Below are positions 30,650-41,058 of a stretch of DNA of 64,000 nucleotides, in pieces. The notes beneath the pieces were generated by a model. That model ran no database searches. It saw only the letters and a list, made by a program, of their open reading frames with translations, and was not told the DNA's origin. The DNA is taken from positions 8,313 to 72,312 of IMG/VR virus record IMGVR_UViG_3300022927_000015; one strand, written 5' to 3'. The stretch is from a virus. Each line of letters begins with the position of its first letter. Position 1 is the first letter of the stretch. The translations under genes and the position numbers were made by a program.

Positions 30650-32506
30650 TTACTTTCCTCTTATAGCTTTCAATGTTGGGCTATCCTGTAGCCTTCCAGT
30701 ATTTGTACTTCTTGCATTACGTGAAGTTGCAATTGTAGTTCCACGAGTTCGCTTAAGATCATTAAACTTGCTCTGTTGTGTTTTATTGTATAGGTTATTT
30801 GGAATAGCGCCTTTAAAGAATATGTTAAGCGAACTTATAGTATTCTTTTGTGGAATAGGTTCATAGTAAGTTCCATTACGATCTTCCCACCCACCTCTGA
30901 TTATTGCTAAATCATCAGGGCCTATAACCACATCGCCAAATTCATCTAACCCTAATTGTGGATCTTCACCTTCTGCTAATGGTACCTTTTTATTTTCAAT
31001 AAGTACCTTTTGGTCAGTTACAGGATCGGTACCATAAACTGGAACTACATAAAAGCCATCGGTAATTGCCTTTTCATTTTCTGCTGATATAAAGAATACA
31101 TTAACAGAGTCAACACCATCCACATTTTCAATAATTGAAATTATATCAGATCTAGGAATACGATCCCTTCTATTGATTATCATAAAGTAAGTACTAAGAT
31201 TTTCTCTAATCTCTGCATGAATCTCTTCTTTATCAAAACCGTCTACGTATCTTAATACAATATTAAGAGCATACTTTTTAATTATAGGATCATTTATTCT
31301 AACCTCAGCTGTAACAATCTGCCTGCCGCTTTGGTTAAGAATATCATATACCATTTCTTTTTCATCTGCTGTCATAACAAATTCATCCTCAGATACACTA
31401 AAGTAATCTGTGTCACTTGTTATCTTTTTAGCAATATCAGGGATTAAGAAAAGGTAAACAATATTGTCATCATCTAAATACTGATCATCTTTAGTATTAT
31501 ATGCATCTATAAAAGAAAAGTAATCATACTTGCTTAAATAGTAAATGTAATTATTAGGGTTAGCCAATACAAAAGAATTACTTTGATATGGGGCTATTAG
31601 TCTGGTAAATGCAGGATCTTCACTATCTGATCCAAACATTGGATTTCTTACAATGTTTAATGATAGGACTTCATTAAGATCTACGTCGTTACCTTGTGGA
31701 TCGGTACCAGGTTCTTTAAACTTAAGACCTAAATTTTTACCTCCAATGTTACCAGCAGTACCTCTTGTCTTTATATATGTTACCTTAATTATTGAACCTA
31801 ATGCAGGCGGTTGACCAAATTGATTATTACCAAAGAAAACAGTTAAGCCACCGTTTACACTAGTTTTAACCATAGCAGCTTCTTCACCGTTATTCATATC
31901 ATAAAGAGAATCTACCTTTTTCCATTTTTTACCATCTACATAAACCTCAACCATGTATTGATCAGTAGGCTCCTTTGTGGTTAAGTTATAACTCTGTAAT
32001 GCCAATCCGGTACCAGTAAAGGTTTGGTCTTCTAGTTCTCCTTGTATTAGCTGAACATTAGTAAACTGCCGAGTGGTCTTTTCTAATCTAATATAATCAC
32101 TGTCAAATTTTATAAAATAAGAAAGGCCATTCTGAGAAATTTCAAGAGGAGCCATATTTAATATCTGTACATAATCTCCTTCTACGAGGGTTGATGCCGA
32201 GGTGTTTAGTCTTAAACCAATTATTCCTTGTGCAGATATCCCTCTCGTAGGATCGTGACCAGTTAACCTAGAAAGACCATAGATTGATTCAATGTTACGT
32301 GCTCTTGATATATTAAGCTCTGTTGCAACAGCTTCAATGTAAAACATTATAAGCTCGCCTAAGTTAGCAACTACAGTAAGTATCTGACCAAACGGGGACG
32401 CAGGCGTAAACACTTCACCGGCCTGGTCGTATTGTCTTTGGAGATATTCAAATGCGTCATAGAATAACTCCGTTGCTTTTATTCTTGTTTTACTGAAGAA
32501 TGACAT
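30650..32506 (-). CDS. Baseplate wedge protein (T4 gp6-like)
   Basis: ELNISRARNIESIYGLSRLTGH, VFFGNNQFGQPP, GTAGN, VDGVDSV. Confidence 0.85.
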   Translation of the reverse strand: MSFFSKTRIKATELFYDAFEYLQRQYDQAGEVFTPASPFGQILTVVANLGELIMFYIEAVATELNISRARNIESIYGLSRLTGHDPTRGISAQGIIGLRLNTSASTLVEGDYVQILNMAPLEISQNGLSYFIKFDSDYIRLEKTTRQFTNVQLIQGELEDQTFTGTGLALQSYNLTTKEPTDQYMVEVYVDGKKWKKVDSLYDMNNGEEAAMVKTSVNGGLTVFFGNNQFGQPPALGSIIKVTYIKTRGTAGNIGGKNLGLKFKEPGTDPQGNDVDLNEVLSLNIVRNPMFGSDSEDPAFTRLIAPYQSNSFVLANPNNYIYYLSKYDYFSFIDAYNTKDDQYLDDDNIVYLFLIPDIAKKITSDTDYFSVSEDEFVMTADEKEMVYDILNQSGRQIVTAEVRINDPIIKKYALNIVLRYVDGFDKEEIHAEIRENLSTYFMIINRRDRIPRSDIISIIENVDGVDSVNVFFISAENEKAITDGFYVVPVYGTDPVTDQKVLIENKKVPLAEGEDPQLGLDEFGDVVIGPDDLAIIRGGWEDRNGTYYEPIPQKNTISSLNIFFKGAIPNNLYNKTQQSKFNDLKRTRGTTIATSRNARSTNTGRLQDSPTLKAIRGK

Positions 32507-32520
32507 TCACTATCATATTT

Positions 32521-32886
32521 TTAAAATAGAGCACCAATTACTCTTTGTTCATTAATGTAAATATCTACTAAAGCACCATTTCTTTCAACCGTGCTATAGA
32601 ACTGTACTCTAGTATCTACTCCAAAACTTCCATCGCTACTGTTTAAGCAATAGGTTTGGATCTGTGTATTGATTCGTTGAGCAATAACAGATTCATTTAG
32701 CACTAAAGAAAAGATAAGATCATCAAGATTACACCCTACATTAGGGGCTCCTAATACATCACCTCTCCTAGTAAATAATACATTCTCTATTTTAAGGATA
32801 AGTTGCTGTAGCTTATCAGTCACTTCGATAATGTCATCATTATACTTAGGTGCATCTATGTCTCTACTATAAATTTCCTTAATCAT
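32521..32886 (-). CDS. Baseplate wedge/sheath initiator (gp25-like)
   Basis: IENVLFTRRGDVLGAPNVGCNLDDLIF. Confidence 0.85.
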   Translation of the reverse strand: MIKEIYSRDIDAPKYNDDIIEVTDKLQQLILKIENVLFTRRGDVLGAPNVGCNLDDLIFSLVLNESVIAQRINTQIQTYCLNSSDGSFGVDTRVQFYSTVERNGALVDIYINEQRVIGALF

Positions 32887-32887
32887 G

Positions 32888-32914
32888 GAGAATATTCTTT
32901 TATTATATATTCTC
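32888..32914 (-). promoter_or_regulatory. Late promoter inside a hairpin abutting the start codon
   Basis: GAGAATAT/ATATTCTC 8-bp inverted repeat ending 1 nt before ATG 32886. Confidence 0.5.
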
Positions 32915-32941
32915 TACATTTTTTGAGGGTCTTAGATTATA

Positions 32942-33793
32942 TTAACCGGTGAAGAAGTAGTCAACACCTTCGTCGCCTTTAATCTCTTCAACAATCCTAT
33001 CAATCTCTTCACGCCCCTCTCCAGCTATTAAATCGTAGTTTATAGTAATATTACCAGGTAGGTTAAATTGGAAAGTTCCTAGTATTCTAGATAGCTGTAT
33101 TTTGGCCATACCGATACAGTAACGGATAAAGGCTTCATCTTGAAATAAATTACAATCAGGAATAGTATTGTAAACCTGGAAAACACAAGCTCCTCGATCC
33201 GGTAATTTTCCCATAAATCTAAGCTTCTTTGTTAACCTATTATAGTTATAGGAAATCTGAGCCTGTAAAACCTGTCTAGCATTATCAATAAACTTAGAAT
33301 TAATTACATAATACATAAGTTCTTCCGAACCGATACCAGCACCATAGACATCAGAGTATATAAATTTATCTAATGCAAAATCTGGGTCCATACCAGAAAA
33401 AGAATAATCCCCAAAGCCGCCATCTTCACCAGAAAAACCGTTCAATTCAAAAACATTATTAACTGCCCATATAGTATCTGGCATTTTAACCACACCTCTT
33501 GAGTTATTTACATCTGCTTCTGATAAAGTATTACCTCCACTATTATGGCTGATTCCTTGTCTAAAATCCTTTTCGGCCCAAGCAGATGCAGGTAAAGCAA
33601 TAAACATTTCTTCTACACTATCTTCATAGATTTTATAAAAGTAATCCTTTGCCCTATCTATAATTCTAGCCAATTCTTTTTTAGGAACTGTAAAAGGTAT
33701 TTGACAACCTACAGTTAAGTCATCATTAATCTGTTTGATCAAAGCATCTAAACATTCAGCCGCATCCGGGTTACACCAACTTTTGTTTGCCAT
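32942..33793 (-). CDS. Neck protein (T4 gp13-like)
   Basis: YNYNRLTKKL, FIRYCIGMAKIQLSRIL..F.LPGNITIN. Confidence 0.8.
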   Translation of the reverse strand: MANKSWCNPDAAECLDALIKQINDDLTVGCQIPFTVPKKELARIIDRAKDYFYKIYEDSVEEMFIALPASAWAEKDFRQGISHNSGGNTLSEADVNNSRGVVKMPDTIWAVNNVFELNGFSGEDGGFGDYSFSGMDPDFALDKFIYSDVYGAGIGSEELMYYVINSKFIDNARQVLQAQISYNYNRLTKKLRFMGKLPDRGACVFQVYNTIPDCNLFQDEAFIRYCIGMAKIQLSRILGTFQFNLPGNITINYDLIAGEGREEIDRIVEEIKGDEGVDYFFTG

Positions 33794-33795
33794 CT

Positions 33796-35094
33796 TTATT
33801 TAATTTTTTCTATCTCTATTACTTCAGTATCTTTACTGAATCTTGCAAAATTTGTAGCTCTACCTTGTCTAAATATGCCACCTACCATCTCACCGCTAAA
33901 TACACCTCTTTTACCAAAGACGTAACTATCTTCACATACTACATTTTTGCTAACATAAGATTCCTCAATTTTACAATCCTCAACTACAGTAGCTCCAAAT
34001 AAGTTAGATTCAAATACTGAGCTATTTTTAATGTCACATCCAAAGATATCACAGTTAATTATATTACCTTGAATAACAGAATCTACAATATCAATTCCTT
34101 TAACTTCAAAGCATCTCATAAGCTTGGCATCCTTAATTTGTATTCTACCACTATCGGCGTCATAATTAATTAAACCTTCTTTCATATCGGCTTTAGTTAA
34201 TAGCTCAAATATCTTTTCTCTTATGCGAGGATAAAACATTTCCACTATTTGGTCTTCTGTTTTAAGATCAATCATTAAATGAATATCTGGGAACTTTTCC
34301 TTGAATGCCTTATATGTCTTATAGGACTCTATTACATGTCTGTGTTTTTCTAATACAGAATCCAAAAGCTTCAAATCATCTTCAGTGTAATTAGGATTAA
34401 CAAGAGTTTCATAGAGTGAGGTAATAAAATGCTCGGTCATTGAAAGTATAGTGGAATACTTCTTTTCATAATCCTTTCCACCTAAATACCTAAACTCAAT
34501 ATACCCTTTAGGTATCTTAGTAAAGTTTATACCATAATACTTGTCATTAACAAATGCGTAATTTCTCCAAATGTTTTTACCTGGTGATGACTGTGTCATT
34601 CCACTTAAAGGTACAATAAACTTTATTGACTTTGCATAAACAGAATCCTTTCTATTAGGAAAGGCTTCATAAACACGGTCTTCATCAAAATTAAGAACAA
34701 ATTTACCAATATCTAATTTAGACATATTGGTAATAGGTCCTAATTTTTTACCGTCAAACGCAAGATTGACATGGATAGAACACCTTTCATTAGTAGTACC
34801 GTTTTCTCTTATCCACTTTAATGTTTTGGCCATTATTAATTTTGCCTCAACAAAAGGTAAAGGCCCTGTGACCAATTCAATCATCCCTGTACCACCAGAG
34901 TTATCCGGCTCCATTTTAAAGACATCCTCGGTTGGAGCAAAATCACTATGGGCTTTTTCCTCTATTCTAATTTTCTTATTAAGAGTTCTAGAAAGACTCT
35001 CTTTGGCTGAATCTATACTTTCATTTGCAAAAAATTCAAATTCAAATCCAACCTTAGAGGAATGAATAGCATTAAGTTCTTCGTTAGAATACAT
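33796..35094 (-). CDS. Putative amidoligase (COOH-NH2 ligase) with C-terminal beta-solenoid
   Basis: GFEFEF, PDNS, ELVTGPL, CSIHVN, KYYGIN, YIEFRYLGG; C-terminal repetitive I/V-x-x-S/C strands. Confidence 0.8.
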   Translation of the reverse strand: MYSNEELNAIHSSKVGFEFEFFANESIDSAKESLSRTLNKKIRIEEKAHSDFAPTEDVFKMEPDNSGGTGMIELVTGPLPFVEAKLIMAKTLKWIRENGTTNERCSIHVNLAFDGKKLGPITNMSKLDIGKFVLNFDEDRVYEAFPNRKDSVYAKSIKFIVPLSGMTQSSPGKNIWRNYAFVNDKYYGINFTKIPKGYIEFRYLGGKDYEKKYSTILSMTEHFITSLYETLVNPNYTEDDLKLLDSVLEKHRHVIESYKTYKAFKEKFPDIHLMIDLKTEDQIVEMFYPRIREKIFELLTKADMKEGLINYDADSGRIQIKDAKLMRCFEVKGIDIVDSVIQGNIINCDIFGCDIKNSSVFESNLFGATVVEDCKIEESYVSKNVVCEDSYVFGKRGVFSGEMVGGIFRQGRATNFARFSKDTEVIEIEKIK

Positions 35095-35095
35095 A

Positions 35096-35134
35096 TTTAT
35101 CCTGATTTGTTTATATATTCCAAACCAGGATAAA
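35096..35134 (-). promoter_or_regulatory. Late promoter in the loop of a 14-bp hairpin covering the translation start region
   Basis: TTTATCCTGGTTTG-gAATATATAaa-CAAATCAGGATAAA-t-ATG. Confidence 0.7.
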
Positions 35135-35136
35135 GG

Positions 35137-36309
35137 TTATACTAAGTTCATTGTAATCTTACGATCTGCTGTATTGATACTTTGGATCTTAACTTGAAGC
35201 ATGTCTCCTTTAGTAACTTCAGTATCTTTAAGTTTGGTTTTATGTATAAGTCCACTAATACCTTTTTCCAATTCAACAAATGCGCCGTACTTAGTAACCT
35301 TGGTAACTTTACCTTCAGTAACCATCATTGGTTTATACTTTTCTTCAGCACCGTCCCATAGATCAACCTTAGGACCTTGTTGACTTAAAATGATTTTCTT
35401 TTCTGAAATAATTTCTTTAGTCCAAAAACTAATTTCATCACCCGGTTTAATTTCACGGTTTTCAAATTTGGCTAAAGTCTCTTCATCTATTTCATTTTTA
35501 GGAATTAATCCAGTGAGGCATTCATTAAATTCAGCAAAGATACCAAATTTAGTGGTACCTGTGACAAAGCCGGTAATATGATCTTTGATATTTTCTCTTA
35601 ACGACTCAACAGTGGAAGGTATCATAGTTCTTAAATATTCTCTATGAGAAACTACGATAGTTTGTTTTTCGTTTGAATATGTAATAGGCATTACAATAAG
35701 CTCTTTACCAACCAATACATTAAAGTCATAAAGCTTATTTAATCCACCTAAGGATCCTGGCATAAAACATTGGATTCCACCAACTTCAACCCAGTAACCA
35801 CCATGTATTAGTTCTTTGACATAACCAGTAAATCCTACTGTCTTATCTCCTATTGCAGCATAGATTTCATTTCTCTTAACTTCATCTAATGCATCTGCAA
35901 TTGAAGCATAAAGAACCCCTCTTGATTGTCTCTTTACTTTTATATCAACAGACATCCCAACCTCTAATTGGTCTACGATTTCTTTAGGTTCTTTTGTTAA
36001 CACACAAACAGCAGTATTCTTCTGTGAAATATCAATAAGTGCTTCAATTTTAGTTTCAACTTCCACATCATCTATGATTTGCTTAATCTTCTTAATGTGG
36101 ACTATTTCACCTTGTGTTATGTAATTATTTGCTTCTTCTGATTTTTGAAGTCGGACAACTTCCTCATCGGCTAGTTGATACATTTTAATAGCCTCAGCTG
36201 TATATGATTCGTTACATAATAGTTTTGTGCCTTTAGGTACCTGTACCTTTACTGTCTTTGTGTCAAATGGATCGTCGCTAAGCTGGATCGTGATTTCTTG
36301 TTCAATCAT
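35137..36309 (-). CDS. rpsA: Ribosomal protein S1-like protein (about 4 S1/OB domains)
   Basis: GYVKELIHGGYWVEVGGIQCFMPGS, GFVTGTTKFGIFAEF, GKVTKVTKYGAFVELEKGISGLIH. Confidence 0.85.
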   Translation of the reverse strand: MIEQEITIQLSDDPFDTKTVKVQVPKGTKLLCNESYTAEAIKMYQLADEEVVRLQKSEEANNYITQGEIVHIKKIKQIIDDVEVETKIEALIDISQKNTAVCVLTKEPKEIVDQLEVGMSVDIKVKRQSRGVLYASIADALDEVKRNEIYAAIGDKTVGFTGYVKELIHGGYWVEVGGIQCFMPGSLGGLNKLYDFNVLVGKELIVMPITYSNEKQTIVVSHREYLRTMIPSTVESLRENIKDHITGFVTGTTKFGIFAEFNECLTGLIPKNEIDEETLAKFENREIKPGDEISFWTKEIISEKKIILSQQGPKVDLWDGAEEKYKPMMVTEGKVTKVTKYGAFVELEKGISGLIHKTKLKDTEVTKGDMLQVKIQSINTADRKITMNLV

Positions 36310-36391
36310 TTATTTTTTATTAAAGCGTGATTATAGATTATATATTACTCTGTTGACTTATAATAGTTATACACCTAAGTATTCTAATTGT

Positions 36392-36694
36392 TTAAACAAT
36401 GATAGCAGGTGGTGATGGTGCTGTTGTGGCACCGGCTTGAGCAGCAGGGCTACCTGCAGTAGCAACGGCTTGTCCTGGTGGTATAGTAATTGTTTGAGAT
36501 CTTATATATGCATCAATAGCAGGTGTAGCTAATTTAGCAAACACAACAGATGAAGAAGTAACTGCTGCTGTTAGGTTAGCCGCGCCTGAATCCAAACCTA
36601 ATGGGTTAGCTTTAATAACAGCAATAAAGTCGGTTAATGCTGCTGCATATGCTGCAGTCAATGCGGTTTCTAAAGTTGGGGGTACTAATGCCAT
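36392..36694 (-). CDS. Small Ala-rich baseplate spike-associated protein
   Basis: Directly after the gp5-like gene; own late promoter 36714-36721. Confidence 0.5.
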   Translation of the reverse strand: MALVPPTLETALTAAYAAALTDFIAVIKANPLGLDSGAANLTAAVTSSSVVFAKLATPAIDAYIRSQTITIPPGQAVATAGSPAAQAGATTAPSPPAIIV

Positions 36695-36719
36695 AATGTA
36701 TTGTTTATCAGTTTATATA

Positions 36720-37637
36720 TTAGTCAGTAGTATTCTTCTTGCTATATGCAGGTTCAGGTGACGGTACCATGGGAGGACTAGTTGGAGCACCTAAATTACC
36801 AACGTGAGTATGACTATCAACCCAAGCTCTAAAAGTATCACCTTTAATAACAGACTCGGCAGCGGCTTCACCTAACTTGATTCTAGGTGAATTAACATGT
36901 GTTTCACCAGACGCATTAATCTTAGCATCAATACAATTAACAACAGTATTCGTATCTGCATTAATTACAGTATCTGCTCCACTATTAATTGTAAATTGAG
37001 CTGAATGTGTAAATGTAATATTACCGTCATTAAGCATTACGATAGAGTCACCGTTTGCATTAATAATCTCAACCGAGTTATCGGGTTTAATGTTAACTGT
37101 AGTTGGACCTTCTGTGGTTGTATAATCCATCATCAGTCCCTTTTCCTCAGTAAAGAAAACCTTTATATGTTCACCTTCTCTTTCATTTGTTACCTCAGGG
37201 TTCCCAGATTGTAGGTCAGCAGTTAAACCAAATGCTGTATCATATATTAATACATGGGAGTTAGGATAAGCGGCCTCTATCTCCGCCTTCGTCTCATCAG
37301 AAGGGTATAGGGACTCATGATACACGGGTGAATAGTAATTACCGTTATCAAAAGTTACCCTTAATATGGTGCCGAGTTTAGGTACCGAAAATGTACCACT
37401 TCCTGAATTACTTCCACCTGAAGATGCAACTGATGGCCTAGCCCACGGCAAAGAAGCAGTTGGCATAATGTAAGCGCTCTGTGGATCTTCTGGGTCTTGG
37501 CGTTGATCCATTTTACCGAAGACTCTAATCTTAATCCTCCCTTCAAATAGATCATCGTTAGTATCCTCAACGATACCAACCCAATTGCTCCCTTTAAGAT
37601 TATCAGCTTTTAAATCCCTTGTGGTTAATTTACCCAT
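36720..37637 (-). CDS. Baseplate central spike (gp5/gpV-like, no lysozyme domain)
   Basis: OB fold GIVEDTNDDLFEGRIKIRVFG, LPWARP, SVPKLG; beta-helix; C-terminal HTH metal-binding motif. Confidence 0.88.
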   Translation of the reverse strand: MGKLTTRDLKADNLKGSNWVGIVEDTNDDLFEGRIKIRVFGKMDQRQDPEDPQSAYIMPTASLPWARPSVASSGGSNSGSGTFSVPKLGTILRVTFDNGNYYSPVYHESLYPSDETKAEIEAAYPNSHVLIYDTAFGLTADLQSGNPEVTNEREGEHIKVFFTEEKGLMMDYTTTEGPTTVNIKPDNSVEIINANGDSIVMLNDGNITFTHSAQFTINSGADTVINADTNTVVNCIDAKINASGETHVNSPRIKLGEAAAESVIKGDTFRAWVDSHTHVGNLGAPTSPPMVPSPEPAYSKKNTTD

Positions 37638-37640
37638 ATG

Positions 37641-39011
37641 TTATCCAAATATATTAGTTGAATTGAGCGGTGGTCCAGAAGGCTGTGGTGAAAATAATGT
37701 TGTTGAATTTAATCCTCCTGTAAATGAAGGGGTTTGTCCAGCAAAAATATTATCATCAATACTTTGGTTAATACCTTGCGCAGATTGACCAGCAAAAGCT
37801 TGTATTGCGGCACCATTCAATGAATTAATTAAACCTTGCGGATTACTAACAGTATTAACTAAATCATTTCTTAGACCAAAGACATTACCTAAAGCTAGCC
37901 CTTGTGTAAATGAATTAACCGTTCTCTCTGCAAAATTCTTAAATCCTTTAACCGCATTATCCTTAAGGTTTTCAAATTTAGATTCCGCTAATCCACCTAA
38001 TGATTGCTTCTCTAATAGTTTATTCTTAGTACTTATTTGACCATCTAAAGTTTTAGGTTGAAGATTTGCAGTATCTTTTAATGCAGAGTCATAACCAGAG
38101 AACTGGGATTCTACTTCAACATTACCATAAGACCATTTCATTGAAGATGTAGCAAAAGCAGCACCTCCTCCACTAACATTAGTAACATTTGCAAATACAG
38201 TACCGCTTGCAGTGGCATCCCATTTACATTCTGTAAACTTAAATGTTATCATTGATGTATTTTCATTTACAAATTTAGTTAAGTCATTCTCTGGTGAATT
38301 AGGATTACCTGCAGTAGCAGCTTTTCTAACTTTATGAAATTTTCTAATCTCTAATACATCTACATAAACATTAAAATACATTAAGTTTATCGGCAATACC
38401 GTTCTTCTATATTTAACATCATAACATGCAGCTTTATATAGACTAAAGAGAGCAGACATTTTTAAATCTATAGCCTCAAGTAAACCTACAGTAATACCTT
38501 CTCCATCGGCAGACCCAACAAAGGGTGTCATTGTAACTGTCTTATTCCACGCTTCAGTAATACCTTCTATTGTTTGGAAGTAATAAGGTCTCTTCTTTTC
38601 AATTTCTCTCATACCTTGAATAAATCCTCTAAGATAGGTTGCTCTAGTAGTTTCACCAACCGTTTCTAAATACCCAACAGCTGATTCGCCATTAGGAGTA
38701 TTAATTTGTCCTGCTTCTGGTGCACCACCTGAACCAGCAGTATTAGGTACCGATGGGCTACCTTCTTCAGCACCGTTGAATAATGGGCTATGTGCATCAA
38801 ATCTTATATTAAAACCTAAGTATGTTGGATCATCTAAAGTAGTAACACCATTACCTCCACCCTGTGCATTAGTTGCAGGAGTAACAAAAGTTTTGGCAAA
38901 ATCATAAGAACTAGGAAATTGGCCAGTAATGTTACCTAACCTATCGGCATTAAGGTAATCCTGCGGTACCCCCTGTGGATTCAATGGGTTATATAACTCT
39001 AATGTAGGCAT
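37641..39011 (-). CDS. Baseplate/tail tube-like protein
   Basis: DDPTYLGF, PYYFQTIEG, LEAIDLK; context between hub and spike genes. Confidence 0.55.
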   Translation of the reverse strand: MPTLELYNPLNPQGVPQDYLNADRLGNITGQFPSSYDFAKTFVTPATNAQGGGNGVTTLDDPTYLGFNIRFDAHSPLFNGAEEGSPSVPNTAGSGGAPEAGQINTPNGESAVGYLETVGETTRATYLRGFIQGMREIEKKRPYYFQTIEGITEAWNKTVTMTPFVGSADGEGITVGLLEAIDLKMSALFSLYKAACYDVKYRRTVLPINLMYFNVYVDVLEIRKFHKVRKAATAGNPNSPENDLTKFVNENTSMITFKFTECKWDATASGTVFANVTNVSGGGAAFATSSMKWSYGNVEVESQFSGYDSALKDTANLQPKTLDGQISTKNKLLEKQSLGGLAESKFENLKDNAVKGFKNFAERTVNSFTQGLALGNVFGLRNDLVNTVSNPQGLINSLNGAAIQAFAGQSAQGINQSIDDNIFAGQTPSFTGGLNSTTLFSPQPSGPPLNSTNIFG

Positions 39012-39034
39012 ATAAGATTTATTTTATTTATTCA

Positions 39035-40516
39035 TTAAGTAGATGGAACCACTTCTCTTCTACGTAAATGTAATCTCTGTCTAAGACCACCTGGTTTTGT
39101 AAGTATATACTCAATCCCTGTTATAACATAAAAGCCTGTAAGATATTCATTAATAATTCCGTTTTGGCTAGTCTTATCACTTGCTACATTATCAGGTGAT
39201 TCCTTTCTTCTTTGTGAATCATTAGGTACATCCTCGTCATTCTCTGGGGCAGTAAGAGTACTTTTAACATTTGAAGCAAACTCTAAGATTTGACAATAAA
39301 TTCTACTATACCTTAACATAGCAGGATTGATTGTATCTAACTCTAAGACCATTCCAAATTTATTCATTTCTGCTAAGTTTTGAAAATTTAAGATAGATGC
39401 ATAGTAATAGTTTCCATGAACATTATCACCCTGTGTTCCTAAATACTTAAACTTAACTTGATCATTTCTTGGTCCTTCTACTTCACCATTAATAACTCTG
39501 CCTTTTGTTGCAGGTATCATACCGGGTGTATCGTTTGTTAGCGGATCAACAAATTCACTAACAAATTCCTTTGCTTCTAAATCCCAATACTGTGTATATC
39601 TTTTATAGCCATTATTTTTACTAATCTGACCGCTCTTATTTACCTGCTGATATTTTGAAATGTATCTAGCGGTTCCTTGAAACTGTATCATATTACTAAG
39701 CATATTAGGAAATTCATAATCGCTTTCAGCTTCATCACCACTTCCCATCGTATCCATTGCATTTTGGCTAAACATTTGACTGGTTTCTAAATCATCTTCT
39801 TGACCAAACAACTTATTAGCATTAACAAAGGTTAAGTAATAGTAAGGATCAATATATGCTGTAAAGAAAGAATCATCATTAAGATATGAATTAGATGTAA
39901 TATCTTGTATGAAAGTTTCAGCAGTATCATATGGGTTTGTCCAGGTTTGTTGATCTGCAGTATCTTCTTCATTTGATGCAAAACCTAATTGTAATTCTTC
40001 TGCTACAGAAAGTAAAGAATTCCAACTAGTGTTATCTTGAAACTGAACCTTCTCTGTAAATAGGTTAGGTACATGCATTCTACCTTCAATCATTAATTGT
40101 GAAGCTGTATTCGTAGATCCTCCACCACCTAATGGCTTAATATCTTCAACCGTAAAATCAATTCTTATTGGTTTAAATGTGGTTTCATTACCCTGTGATC
40201 TAATGTATACCTGAATAATATCACCATCCTTTGGATAATACCTTGCAGTAAACATACCGTCCCTATCATAAAAAGAAAATCTACATGTAGGATAAAAACC
40301 AGTACAGCTAAGCTCAAACATTTCCAATCTATCCCCCTGTACATCATAACCATTTACTCTAATGATAGGTATCATTGAAGTAAACTTTGTAGGTTTTTCT
40401 TTCATTGATGTTCCTTGTGAGTTTTCAGTACCACTTTCTACATCAATAACTTCTAATTCATCAAGTTCTATTGTCGGTTCTATGACCGTTAATATGTTTC
40501 TTTCTACCGCTGACAT
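39035..40516 (-). CDS. Baseplate hub protein (gp27-like)
   Basis: C-terminal LTGFYVITGIEY..LRRRE typical of hub proteins; upstream of gp5. Confidence 0.65.
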   Translation of the reverse strand: MSAVERNILTVIEPTIELDELEVIDVESGTENSQGTSMKEKPTKFTSMIPIIRVNGYDVQGDRLEMFELSCTGFYPTCRFSFYDRDGMFTARYYPKDGDIIQVYIRSQGNETTFKPIRIDFTVEDIKPLGGGGSTNTASQLMIEGRMHVPNLFTEKVQFQDNTSWNSLLSVAEELQLGFASNEEDTADQQTWTNPYDTAETFIQDITSNSYLNDDSFFTAYIDPYYYLTFVNANKLFGQEDDLETSQMFSQNAMDTMGSGDEAESDYEFPNMLSNMIQFQGTARYISKYQQVNKSGQISKNNGYKRYTQYWDLEAKEFVSEFVDPLTNDTPGMIPATKGRVINGEVEGPRNDQVKFKYLGTQGDNVHGNYYYASILNFQNLAEMNKFGMVLELDTINPAMLRYSRIYCQILEFASNVKSTLTAPENDEDVPNDSQRRKESPDNVASDKTSQNGIINEYLTGFYVITGIEYILTKPGGLRQRLHLRRREVVPST

Positions 40517-40517
40517 A

Positions 40518-41057
40518 TTAGTTTGCTTTAGTGTTTCTACTGTTTAGGTTAGTTCCTAACTTAATCTTACCGCCTTCATACTGTTTGGTTTCTTGACCAG
40601 GCTGTAACATATTAGGAGGCATAGGTTGTTTAACACCAGCTTTACTAGTCTTTGCTTTTTCAATAAGTCTCTGCATTCTTCCTTGATCCTTTTCGCTCTG
40701 TCTACCTGTATCAATATAAGCTTCTTGTGTTGAATTAGGTCTGGATGCAGGATTAGGTCTAGAGTAAACAAGATCTTGTCTAGATAAATTAGGTATGACA
40801 AGAATATCACCTTCGGCAATAGTAAAAGGGTTAAAGATATTGTTAACTACACAAATAGCATCTATGAATTCACCGCTACCAAAATAGAGTTCCGATATCT
40901 TATCAATTCTACCTACTTGGTCAATCTGTACATAATGCAATGCCTTAACACCTAAGTCTGCGTTATATGTAAATGACGGTGCAGTTAGGTCATAATAAAA
41001 CTCACCAGTTCTTTCCTCTGTCAATTTATTCTTTAATGCTAACGATTTAATATTCAT
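40518..41057 (-). CDS. Baseplate wedge LysM-like protein (gp53-like)
   Basis: GRIDKISELYFGS..ICVVNNIFNPF.I.EGDILVIP. Confidence 0.8.
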   Translation of the reverse strand: MNIKSLALKNKLTEERTGEFYYDLTAPSFTYNADLGVKALHYVQIDQVGRIDKISELYFGSGEFIDAICVVNNIFNPFTIAEGDILVIPNLSRQDLVYSRPNPASRPNSTQEAYIDTGRQSEKDQGRMQRLIEKAKTSKAGVKQPMPPNMLQPGQETKQYEGGKIKLGTNLNSRNTKAN

Positions 41058-41058
41058 A

